Shown here: positions 36,932 through 45,452 of the stretch, piece by piece | Position numbering within the stretch: position 1 is the first letter of the stretch | Layout: each line of letters opens with the position of its first letter | DNA from: Bdellovibrionales bacterium Ga0074137 | GTDB taxonomy: Bacteria; Bdellovibrionota; Bdellovibrionia; Bdellovibrionales; JAMPXM01 | Reading direction: 5' to 3' | Length of the DNA: 64,000 nucleotides | Assembly (NCBI GenBank): GCA_001464715.1 | Contig: LNDT01000013.1 | Location: 19,823-83,822, forward strand | The notes under the pieces: model-generated | What the model was told of the DNA's origin: nothing | Database searches by the model: none | Seen by the model: the letters and a program-made list of their open reading frames with translations, nothing else | Program-made: the position numbers and the translations under genes

Positions 36932-39261
36932 TACTGTCTTTCAAATGAGAGATTTTTAAAGGCGCTGGACCATCCCGAGTCGTAGTCCATTTTCAATTCT
37001 AAAAGATTCACATCCAAAGTTCCTTCCGGATCGGTGTCCGAAGAAGATCCGGACTCGATTACAAAACGGTGACCGTGGGTCGTTCCAATCAAGTGAAGTG
37101 ACCGTGGGTCGCCGCCGTGAGAGGCGAACCGATTGCGAAGAGCTTCTAAGCTTTCAGTGCTTGAGATCAGGACTTCGTAGGAGACTTCACAAAACAAAGA
37201 TTCAGCAAAGCTCATCTTAGCCAGATCGGGCCTCGCAGCCTGGGTCGCTGAGCGACTGAGGCGAACGCCGATATTCTTTGAGATCGCCATTCGCGCCAAC
37301 GCGTAGCCAAGACCGAACTTACCAACCACACGAGTTGCCGAAATCGTATTCTCTGTAGCCGGAGAATGAGGCCCAACACCTTCGGTGAGCTTTCGGAGCG
37401 AAGTGACGAGGGCAGCGATTTCTTTTCCGTTCAGCGTCCCGAAAGCTCGAGGCCCTGTACTTTCCGGGCCCGTGACTTCTCCCATCGCGCCGCTGGTCCA
37501 GAGTTGTGGAAGCCGCAGCAAAAATACGTTTTCGCCTTCATGTACGAAATCGCTTTTTGGAAGTGAAGTGACCGTGGGTCGTAGGCCGACGACGCCAGTT
37601 GAAGGCGTTGGTGTGATCCCGCGACCTTCGGTTTCGTTATAAAAGCTGACGTTACCGCTGATGATCGGAGCCACTAGGCTTTCACAAATTTCGTTGAGGC
37701 CAGAAAGAGCTGCGACAAAAGAGCTCATCACCGGAACTCTTTCCGGATTTCCGAAATTCAAACAGTCCGTAACGGCCAGTGGCTCAAAACCTTTTGCCGC
37801 AAGCTCAAGGGCTGGAAATGCAACAGCATCAAGCCCCCCTTCTCTCGCATCAAGTCTCATCATTTGAGGCCGACACCCTAAAACAATTCCTAATCCCCGC
37901 CCAGAGTCCTTCAAGCGAATGACACCGACGGATTCGTGGCAATCGGCCGCCGTGGATGCTCCAACGTGACCGTCATATTGCCGAAAAATAAATTCCCGCG
38001 AACATCCTTGTGGAGATGAAAGTGCTGTCCTCAGCGAGGCACGAATATCTGCAGCACTTTCGCCAGCGATATCGGCGACACTAGCCACCCGGTTCGACGG
38101 CGTCCACGGTTCGAATGGTCGTTCGTACATCGGTGCATGCTCTGTCAAAAGCTCGGGATCGATCTCCGTAAGAAGATCTCCCTTCCAAAAAAGCTTCATC
38201 GTTTTTTTCGCTGTGACTTCGCCGATAGCGACGGCTTCAAGTCCCCAACGTTTAAACAATGCTTCCACATTAGAAAGTTTCGCTGGCTCCACAACCATCA
38301 ACATTCGCTCTTGGCTTTCGCTCAGGAGAATGTCCTCGGGTTGAAGCGTAGACTCGCGCAAAGGAACGCGGTCCAAATGTAGGTTGAAGCCGACGCCACC
38401 CTTGGATGCCATTTCAAAAGAAGATGAAGTAAGTCCTGCGGCGCCCATATCTTGTATCGCCACGACGAGATCTTGCTCCATCACTTCAAGACACGCCTCG
38501 ATCAAAAGCTTCTCAAAAAACGGATCTCCGATCTGAATTGTCGGACGTTTTTTTTCGGAGTCCTTTCCAAAACTTTCCGAAGCCATGCTCGCTCCGTGAA
38601 CGCCATCACGTCCCGTCTTGGCTCCTGCGTACACCACAAGATTTCCGACACCTTTGGCTTTCGACAAAAAGACTTTCTCGCCTTTTCTAAAAAGACCGAC
38701 GGCCATTGCATTCACGAGAACGTTTTTGTCATAGCTAGGATCGAATTCAGTCTGTCCTGTGATTGTCGGAACCCCGACCGGGTTACCATAACCACCGATA
38801 CCGCGAACAACTCCATCAACAATCTTTTCCATTCGTTCGGCCTGGGGACGTCCGAAACAAAGATAGTCTGCGACGGCGATCGGTCGCGCGCCCATCGTGA
38901 AAATATCGCGCAGGATACCACCGACACCCGTCGTGGCTCCTTGATAGGGCTCAATAAAACTTGGATGATTGTGGCTTTCGATTTTAAAGGCCACACGCTC
39001 GCCATCGCCAAGATCAACGACGCCGGCATTTTCGCCAAAGCTCTGAAGCACGCGCTCAGATTTATTGAATAGACCTTTTAAATGAACTCGCGAACTTTTG
39101 TACGAGCAGTGTTCGCTCCACATGGCCGAGAAAAGCGCCCACTCGACGCCCTGAGGCTCTCGCCCCAAAAGTCCGGCGATACGGCGATGCTCCGACTCAT
39201 TTAATCGGTAATGTTTTAGTTTTTCTTGGAGTTCTTTGTTGTCGCGCTGATCTTGCCCCAT
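36928..39261 (-). CDS. purL: phosphoribosylformylglycinamidine synthase subunit PurL (FGAM synthase II)
   Basis: Duplicated AIRS-type domains ([20 protein letters not shown]). ATG 39261 lies 6 nt after the purQ stop. The track ORF extends to 39315. Confidence 0.9.
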   Translation of the reverse strand: MGQDQRDNKELQEKLKHYRLNESEHRRIAGLLGREPQGVEWALFSAMWSEHCSYKSSRVHLKGLFNKSERVLQSFGENAGVVDLGDGERVAFKIESHNHPSFIEPYQGATTGVGGILRDIFTMGARPIAVADYLCFGRPQAERMEKIVDGVVRGIGGYGNPVGVPTITGQTEFDPSYDKNVLVNAMAVGLFRKGEKVFLSKAKGVGNLVVYAGAKTGRDGVHGASMASESFGKDSEKKRPTIQIGDPFFEKLLIEACLEVMEQDLVVAIQDMGAAGLTSSSFEMASKGGVGFNLHLDRVPLRESTLQPEDILLSESQERMLMVVEPAKLSNVEALFKRWGLEAVAIGEVTAKKTMKLFWKGDLLTEIDPELLTEHAPMYERPFEPWTPSNRVASVADIAGESAADIRASLRTALSSPQGCSREFIFRQYDGHVGASTAADCHESVGVIRLKDSGRGLGIVLGCRPQMMRLDAREGGLDAVAFPALELAAKGFEPLAVTDCLNFGNPERVPVMSSFVAALSGLNEICESLVAPIISGNVSFYNETEGRGITPTPSTGVVGLRPTVTSLPKSDFVHEGENVFLLRLPQLWTSGAMGEVTGPESTGPRAFGTLNGKEIAALVTSLRKLTEGVGPHSPATENTISATRVVGKFGLGYALARMAISKNIGVRLSRSATQAARPDLAKMSFAESLFCEVSYEVLISSTESLEALRNRFASHGGDPRSLHLIGTTHGHRFVIESGSSSDTDPEGTLDVNLLELKMDYDSGWSSAFKNLSFERQY
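37069..37081 (+). repeat. 13-mer copy GTGACCGTGGGTC
   Basis: Exact, at the purL 3' end. The coding strand reads G ACC CAC GGT CAC = T-H-G-H (IGTTHGHRF). Confidence 0.95.
37098..37110 (+). repeat. 13-mer copy GTGACCGTGGGTC
   Basis: Exact, in purL. It reads D-P-R-S (GGDPRSLHL) and sits in the 21-nt block AAGTGAAGTGACCGTGGGTCG (37091-37111). Confidence 0.95.
37568..37580 (+). repeat. 13-mer copy GTGACCGTGGGTC
   Basis: Exact, in purL. It reads GA CCC ACG GTC AC = P-T-V-T (LRPTVTSLP). The identical 21-nt block occurs at 37561-37581. Confidence 0.95.
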
Positions 39262-39266
39262 TTTTT

Positions 39267-39947
39267 CTAACTCCAAATCTCGAGAAGACGTCGCCCATCG
39301 GTACCGCCCATCCATTCATGAAATGCACGCTCGGGGTGCGGCATGAGGCCCGCCACATTACCATTTTCATTCGTTACACCGGCAATCGCAGCGATGGATC
39401 CATTGGGGTTGGCCTGGTACTCGAGCCAAATCTGGTCTCGATCTCGAAGCTCATTCAAACCGCTATCGTCGATCACGAATCGACCATCGGCGTGAGCGAT
39501 CGGAATACGAATTCCAGAGCCCGAGGGAAGACTTCCACCAAACACCGTGCGACTTCCAACTTTTTTTAAGTCCACCCATGAGTCAATAAATCGTCGGCCT
39601 GTGTTTCGCACTAAAGCCCCAGGTAAAAGACGAGCTTCGCACAATATCTGAAATCCATTGCAGATCCCAAGTATGGGCGTTCCGCGAACTGCCGCTTCGC
39701 GGACAGATTTCATGGCCACGGCACGCGCCGCCAAAGCGCCACTTCTTAAATAATCTCCGTAAGAAAAACCACCCGGCAGAATCAACGCAGAAAACTGCGC
39801 ACTGTCAAAGAGGTCCTCATGCCAAAGCCATATCGGTTCTGCTCCCGAAAGACCAACAGCCTCAAAAACATCCCGGTCACAATTCGTACCAGGAAACCGA
39901 ACAACACCGACTTTGGCTTTAGCCACGACGCACTTCGAATGTTTCAA
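39267..39947 (-). CDS. purQ: phosphoribosylformylglycinamidine synthase, glutaminase subunit
   Basis: 226 aa class I GATase ([13 protein letters not shown]). Confidence 0.9.
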   Translation of the reverse strand: MKHSKCVVAKAKVGVVRFPGTNCDRDVFEAVGLSGAEPIWLWHEDLFDSAQFSALILPGGFSYGDYLRSGALAARAVAMKSVREAAVRGTPILGICNGFQILCEARLLPGALVRNTGRRFIDSWVDLKKVGSRTVFGGSLPSGSGIRIPIAHADGRFVIDDSGLNELRDRDQIWLEYQANPNGSIAAIAGVTNENGNVAGLMPHPERAFHEWMGGTDGRRLLEIWS

Positions 39948-40164
39948 TCAGCGTGTTGGCGAGTAAGCTTTCAGAAATTTTATTGGCCATCGTAAGGGCC
40001 GACGCATCGTTTTCTGCCTTCACTTTGAGTTCGATAAATCGGCCCACACGACAAGAAACCACGGGCTCACCTTCACGCTGCAAAGTTTCTTCAACGGCGC
40101 GTCCTTGAGTGTCCAGAACTTCACGGCGAGGCATAACGGTCACGCCAAACAAAAATTCCTTCAT
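39919..40164 (-). CDS. purS: phosphoribosylformylglycinamidine synthase subunit PurS
   Basis: 81-aa ORF in the purC-purS-purQ context with a PurS-like sequence (VLDTQGRAVEETL). Confidence 0.8.
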   Translation of the reverse strand: MKEFLFGVTVMPRREVLDTQGRAVEETLQREGEPVVSCRVGRFIELKVKAENDASALTMANKISESLLANTLIETFEVRRG

Positions 40165-40911
40165 CTACACACTTCCTTTTTTAAGTGTCGACTTAAGCCG
40201 AACACAGACTTCCCGGTACGCTTCTTCGACGCCACCAAGGTCTCGTCGAAACCGATCTTTATCCATTTTCTGTCCAGTGACTTTGTCCCAAAGTCGGCAA
40301 CAATCCGGTGAAATCTCGTCCGCCAGATAAAGTCGCCTATCGGCGTCGCGTCCGACTTCAATCTTGAAATCAACAAGATCAATTCCGGCGCGCTCCATCG
40401 TCGACTTTAGAACCTCATTCACTTTCAAACCAAAGCTTCGCAGTTCATCGAGTTCCGCCTTGGACCGGACCGTTTTTAACATCAGCGCTTGATCATCGCT
40501 CACGAACGGATCCGCCAAGGCGTCATCCTTGTAATAGAATTCCACCAAGGGTGCCTCGAGCGGCTTTCCCTCTTCGATTCCAAATTTCTTCGCCGTCGAA
40601 CCCGCCAAAATATTTCTCACGACGACTTCAAGCTTCACCATGTCCAATTTTTTGGTGACGATCGCCGTGGGTGGGATTTCCATCACCCGATGGGTCGTGA
40701 CACCTTTTGACTCGAGCTCCTCGTAAAGAAGCGCTGAAATCTCTCGGTTCAAGGCACCCTTTTGCTCAAAGCTCCCTCGCTTTTGAGCATTGAACGCGGT
40801 GAGCGAATCCTTAAACTCTTGCCAAAGAAGCTCGGGATGCCCAACGACGTCAAAAAGCTTCTTAGCCTTTCCGTCGTAAATTTCTTTTCCTTTTTTATAA
40901 CTCATTTCCAC
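40165..40911 (-). CDS. purC: SAICAR synthetase
   Basis: 248 aa with YDGKAKKLF and LADEISPDCCRLWD motifs. Confidence 0.9.
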   Translation of the reverse strand: MEMSYKKGKEIYDGKAKKLFDVVGHPELLWQEFKDSLTAFNAQKRGSFEQKGALNREISALLYEELESKGVTTHRVMEIPPTAIVTKKLDMVKLEVVVRNILAGSTAKKFGIEEGKPLEAPLVEFYYKDDALADPFVSDDQALMLKTVRSKAELDELRSFGLKVNEVLKSTMERAGIDLVDFKIEVGRDADRRLYLADEISPDCCRLWDKVTGQKMDKDRFRRDLGGVEEAYREVCVRLKSTLKKGSV

Positions 40912-42197
40912 AACCCCGCTCGCTCCAGCGTTTCGCGAATCGACTGCTGATGCTTTTTTCCGCTGAACACATTTAAAACGGCGTCTCGCGAAACCAATTT
41001 TGAAAGCACAGGATCTTTCAAAACAGCGTCTCGCATGTGCTCACCCGGCTTTAATCCGTGACTGAGTCTTTGTACTTCTTTGTAAGCATCTTCCCGCGAA
41101 AGTCCCGCAGCGACGACTTCGAGCAAAAGATGGGAACTAAATAAGAAACCTTGTGAAGCTTCCATGTTTTGCTTCATACGCTCGTGATCAACTTCAAGAT
41201 TTGAAACCAGTTCAGTCAGCTTAACCGCGGCATAGTGAGCAAGAATAAAGGCATCCGGCAAAATCACACGTTCCACCGAGGAGTGGCTGATATCTCGCTC
41301 GTGCCATAGCGCCATGTTCTCAAAAGAGGCCTGTGCATAGGAACGAAGGAGCCTTGCGACACCGGTGAGATTTTCAGCCGTGATCGGATTTTTTTTATGA
41401 GGCATCGCACTTGAGCCTTTTTGCCCTTTGGAAAAAGCTTCGGTGGCCTCCATGAGCTCTGTGCGCTGAAGATGTCGAAGTTCAACCGCCAAACGTTCAA
41501 CGCCACCGCCAAAAAGTGCCAGTGCACTAAAAACTTCAGCCGCACGATCACGGGGAATGACTTGAGTGGCAATCACTTCTGGAGAAAGTCCGAGCCGATG
41601 ACAAACACCAGCTTCGATGGAAGCCGGTAGCGCCGAGTAGGTTCCAACAGCGCCAGAAAGTTTTCCGATGGAAATTCGCTTTTGCGCCAGCGCCAAGCGC
41701 TCATCGTGCCGTTGAAATTCAGTCCAGAAACCCGCCATCTTCATTCCGAATGTGGTCGGTTCGGCATGCATGCCATGTGTTCGTCCAGCACACAAAGTTT
41801 CGGCTTCCTTTTGGGACAAGGCTTTGAGAGCGCGCGTGACGCCGCCGACCGCACTTCTCAAGACCGTGAGCGCCTCTCGCATCTGAAGGCTCAGCGCCGT
41901 GTCCAAAACATCGCTCGACGTCAATCCGAAATGGACCCAACGCCCCTCGGTACCAACGTTCTCTGCAACGTTTGATACAAAGGCAATGACGTCGTGCTTT
42001 GTCGTCTTCTCGATCTCTTCTATACGAGTGACAGTGAAGGTGCCTTTTTCTCGGATTTTTTTTGCAGCTTCGTGCGGAATAATTCCTTCTTCAGCTTGAA
42101 CCTCCGCAACCACTTTTTCAACTTCAAGCATCCAGTCGAATCGTCGCTCAGGGGCAAAAACGGCTCCCATCTCGGGCTTCGTGTAGCGAGCAATCAT
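40902..42197 (-). CDS. purB: adenylosuccinate lyase
   Basis: 431 aa with the fumarate-lyase signature (GSSAMPHKKNP). Confidence 0.9.
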   Translation of the reverse strand: MIARYTKPEMGAVFAPERRFDWMLEVEKVVAEVQAEEGIIPHEAAKKIREKGTFTVTRIEEIEKTTKHDVIAFVSNVAENVGTEGRWVHFGLTSSDVLDTALSLQMREALTVLRSAVGGVTRALKALSQKEAETLCAGRTHGMHAEPTTFGMKMAGFWTEFQRHDERLALAQKRISIGKLSGAVGTYSALPASIEAGVCHRLGLSPEVIATQVIPRDRAAEVFSALALFGGGVERLAVELRHLQRTELMEATEAFSKGQKGSSAMPHKKNPITAENLTGVARLLRSYAQASFENMALWHERDISHSSVERVILPDAFILAHYAAVKLTELVSNLEVDHERMKQNMEASQGFLFSSHLLLEVVAAGLSREDAYKEVQRLSHGLKPGEHMRDAVLKDPVLSKLVSRDAVLNVFSGKKHQQSIRETLERAGLWK

Positions 42198-43624
42198 GGC
42201 GCCGCCTCTTTCTGGTTTTTGGCGAACCGATTCTTAGTCAATTTCTTAAGAGAATATTTGAAACGCTCCAGTGGCCCGGCTTGAAGTCTGGCGACAGGAT
42301 CCCAACCGATTCTCATCGCTTCCAACTGATCGAGCCACGCAGATTCCATCTCGCGAAGGCCCCGAAGTCCTACACCAGGCCATGTTTCGGGTCCGGCAAA
42401 ACAAATGTTTTCAAGCCGCCCTCGCGCCGGAACTGAAGCCTCTCCGTAAAGAATGTGAGCCATTCTAATGGCCGGTGCGGTCAGCGCCAGCGGCGACGGC
42501 GAAACCCAAATCAGCTCACAGCCGACAAATCGGTCGGACAGAAGGCTCTGCACCAAAAGTCTTTGCTCGTCTCGGTATACGTGATCGACGCGAGCCCAGT
42601 AAGGAATTCTTGTCCAAACATCAAACACACGCATTTGCGGCGTCTGTTCGACAGCATCAAGCAGCACGACATTATCGTGAGTCCATGGTCGCTCAATAGA
42701 ACCGATGACCACCACATGTGGAGGCGTATGAGGAACTCGAGTCAGCGATCGCTCGGAAGAATTTTTCATCCCTCGAACGGCCAATCGATTTCTCCACCAT
42801 GCCATCAAAGGCTCGCTGGACCCCTTTTCGAAGAGTTCCTCCAAGGGAACATCAGGACCAACAAATTCAATACGGCTCGACTCTTCCTCAGAAATCATCC
42901 ACACAAGCGAGCGCGTGCGTTCGACATATGTACCCGCAACCGTCTTGAATTCGACTCGGTCAACGCGTCCATCGCTGAGTCGGATGGCGGAAATTTGTTC
43001 GGCCTCTAAAATCCTAACACCTGCACCCGACGCCGATTCGCGCCGAGCTCGCGCAATGGCATCCGCGCTCACTGATTTCTTAATGGGTTCTTCCCAAGGA
43101 AGTTTGAAATCAGTTTTCGACAGAAAACGCGCACCCGTGTTGTGAAGAAACTTTTCTCGAGAACTCAAACGCGACGAAACAAGACTCCGCGCAAGCGCTG
43201 TCGGCCAGCCTTTTTCAAGCGACTCTGCCGAGGTGCTATCGCCATTAATCCCATAGCGAATTCGAAGATGTGACGCGCCAGCGGACGCTCGACGTCCCCC
43301 GAAAGCGACGGGTCCACTCTCAAGCCAAACGGAAGCATGCTCCGTGCGAAGAGGTCGACCGTCTTTATCGACAGCTTCGCTTCCTTCAGTCTCCCACGGC
43401 AAAAACGGCCCCAGCCGGTCGCCCCATTCAATCTCGCTGTTGAAGGACGAGCCGCTAAGTTCAATGACTACAGTCTTCCAACCTTGAAGTGCCAAAGTCC
43501 GAGCGAGGCTGAGACCTCGTGTGTCGACCGAAACAATAATTACGTCAGCGACTTGAAGGGATGCCGTTTCGCCGGATTTCGTCCCAATGATTTTTGTCCC
43601 ACTTGCTGTCACAACGACCGCCAC
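42194..43624 (-). CDS. hypothetical protein embedded in the pur operon (degenerate dinucleotide-binding-like N-terminus)
   Basis: 476-aa ORF. Its start overlaps the 3' end of purN by 16 nt and its stop overlaps the purB start by 4 nt (ATGA). The N-terminus DVIIVSVDTRGLSLARTLALQGWKTVVIE resembles a Rossmann beta-alpha-beta unit but lacks GxGxxG. No family recognised. Confidence 0.55.
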   Translation of the reverse strand: MAVVVTASGTKIIGTKSGETASLQVADVIIVSVDTRGLSLARTLALQGWKTVVIELSGSSFNSEIEWGDRLGPFLPWETEGSEAVDKDGRPLRTEHASVWLESGPVAFGGRRASAGASHLRIRYGINGDSTSAESLEKGWPTALARSLVSSRLSSREKFLHNTGARFLSKTDFKLPWEEPIKKSVSADAIARARRESASGAGVRILEAEQISAIRLSDGRVDRVEFKTVAGTYVERTRSLVWMISEEESSRIEFVGPDVPLEELFEKGSSEPLMAWWRNRLAVRGMKNSSERSLTRVPHTPPHVVVIGSIERPWTHDNVVLLDAVEQTPQMRVFDVWTRIPYWARVDHVYRDEQRLLVQSLLSDRFVGCELIWVSPSPLALTAPAIRMAHILYGEASVPARGRLENICFAGPETWPGVGLRGLREMESAWLDQLEAMRIGWDPVARLQAGPLERFKYSLKKLTKNRFAKNQKEAAP

Positions 43625-44217
43625 TTCTCAATCGCATGCCGCACGAGGCGCTGCTCATCAATATGCACAAGTAGCTCTGCCTGTTGACTCGAAAGCTCGT
43701 CGCGCGTCTGAAACTGCGACGCCATAACGCTCATACGCTGAGAGACGATATTACCTGCATCAACGATTTCTGAAACTTCATGAACAGTCACTCCGCAATC
43801 ATCCTTTGCTGCCACGGCACGCGCGATACTTTCGAGGCCCGAAAATTTAGGAAGAATCGAAGGATGAACGTTCAAGATTTTTCCACTCCATTGCTCGACA
43901 AGGCCTTTTGGAATGACGTGCATGAATCCCAACAGAAAAACCAACTCGACCGAATGGCGCTCAAGTTCGATATTCACTGCCGCCCAATCGAGCGAAGTTT
44001 TTCCCGAAGAAAGAGTTTTCCGCGGAATTACAAATGTCGGCACTCCCGCCCGGCGGGCTTTTGCCAAAGCCGGCGCTTTTGAACTGGAAGAAATCACAAG
44101 CCTGATGTCGGCGACTGAGGACTCTAACACGGCAGACAAATTGGATCCTCGCCCCGAAACAAAAACACACCACCGAGGCGAGCGAAGGGAGAACATGCCC
44201 TCCGCCGAAGGAGCCAT
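43609..44217 (-). CDS. purN: phosphoribosylglycinamide formyltransferase
   Basis: 202 aa with VFVSGRGSNL, LLGFMHVIP and NVHPSILP motifs. Confidence 0.9.
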   Translation of the reverse strand: MAPSAEGMFSLRSPRWCVFVSGRGSNLSAVLESSVADIRLVISSSSKAPALAKARRAGVPTFVIPRKTLSSGKTSLDWAAVNIELERHSVELVFLLGFMHVIPKGLVEQWSGKILNVHPSILPKFSGLESIARAVAAKDDCGVTVHEVSEIVDAGNIVSQRMSVMASQFQTRDELSSQQAELLVHIDEQRLVRHAIEKWRSL

Positions 44218-45242
44218 CAGTACACCACCTGGGCCGACGCCCCAGAGTCGCTGGCCGCTTCAACCCGGCCCAACGGAATCGATCGAAAACCATGTTTTAA
44301 AATTACGGACTCAACGAATTGAACGTCGGCCGCTTTACAAACAAGCGCCATCCCGACACCGCAATTCAGCGTCTTCAACATTTCTTCGCGCGAAAGATGA
44401 GATCGATCCTGAACTTCAAGAAAAGCATCCGGCCAAGCCCAGTCTAAAAGCTTCACTTCAGTTCCGGCGGGAAGAACGCGAGGCAAATTTTCCATTCCTC
44501 CACCAGTGATGTGGGCGGCAGCATTCAACCGCTTTACCTTAGAAATTTCGAGCACTAAATTCACGTAAAGTGCTGTCGGCGTGAGAAGTGTATCGAGCCA
44601 CTTTGAGAGGTCATTTTCAAAAAGTTTTCGCAAGAGAGAAAAACCGTTCGAATGAAATCCCGAGCTTGAGATTCCAATCACGTGGTCGCCGATGGAAACT
44701 TTTTTTGGCCCCAGCATTTCATCTTCGTCCACAACACCGACCGAGAATCCGGCAGCATCAAAGTCGCCGGGCTTGTACACGCCGGGCATTTCGGCCGTTT
44801 CGCCGCCAATCAAAGCGCAGTTCACGCTGTTACAAGCCGTGCGAACGCCGCTCAAAAATTCTTTCGCCGCCTGAGGCTCCAGTTTTGAAGTTGCATAGTA
44901 ATCGAGAAAAAAGAGCGGCTCGGCTCCAGAACAAACAAGATCATTCACACACATCGCAACAAGATCTTGCGCCACTTCTGAGTAACGTTTGGCTTCGGCC
45001 GCTAAAAGAATCTTCGTTCCGATTCCATCCGTGGCAGCCACGAGGCAGGGTTTTTTCATGTGGCTAAACTGAGCGCGAAAAACGGCGGCAAAGCCCCCGA
45101 TGCCTGAAACAACTTGATCGGCTCGCGGTGTTTTTTGAGCCGAACCAACCGGTGCCGCGTCGTCGGATTCGACAAGCCAATCGACGAGTGAGTCGCCCGC
45201 TTCTACGTCGACTCCAGCATCACGATAAGAGAACTTCGACAT
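44217..45242 (-). CDS. purM: phosphoribosylformylglycinamidine cyclo-ligase (AIR synthetase)
   Basis: ATG 45242 gives MSKFSYRDAGVDVEAGD, the canonical PurM N-terminus. The track ORF starts at GTG 45317. Confidence 0.9.
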   Translation of the reverse strand: MSKFSYRDAGVDVEAGDSLVDWLVESDDAAPVGSAQKTPRADQVVSGIGGFAAVFRAQFSHMKKPCLVAATDGIGTKILLAAEAKRYSEVAQDLVAMCVNDLVCSGAEPLFFLDYYATSKLEPQAAKEFLSGVRTACNSVNCALIGGETAEMPGVYKPGDFDAAGFSVGVVDEDEMLGPKKVSIGDHVIGISSSGFHSNGFSLLRKLFENDLSKWLDTLLTPTALYVNLVLEISKVKRLNAAAHITGGGMENLPRVLPAGTEVKLLDWAWPDAFLEVQDRSHLSREEMLKTLNCGVGMALVCKAADVQFVESVILKHGFRSIPLGRVEAASDSGASAQVVY

Positions 45243-45452
45243 GACAAAACCTCGTGCCCCATATGAACCAGCTAGGCCTGAAGATGCAAGCTCTGCCTCT
45301 GTCGAACTGTTCGCCACTTCGGGTTGATTCCTTGGGTCGGGGGACGATTGATCTTCTCATTTTTGGGCGCTACCCTGAAGGGGTGGGAGTCGCGGAAAGC
45401 ATTAACGCTTTGCGCTACACGGGGGTCTCAAGTGAAGTCTTTGGGTCTATCG

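Noticed and set aside
45431-45449. AAGTGAAGT....GGGTC, which resembles the 21-nt extended block found in purL.
   Set aside because: The central GACCGT core is missing (CTTT in its place). Only a 9-mer and a 5-mer match, which is compatible with chance.
45243-45452. A purine or ZTP riboswitch upstream of purM. The minus strand contains GTGGCGAAC, reminiscent of the ZTP core.
   Set aside because: The other conserved ZTP elements (the GGGUCGUGAC 5' part and the CCGCCUGGGC 3' pseudoknot partner) are absent, as is the guanine-riboswitch three-way junction consensus.
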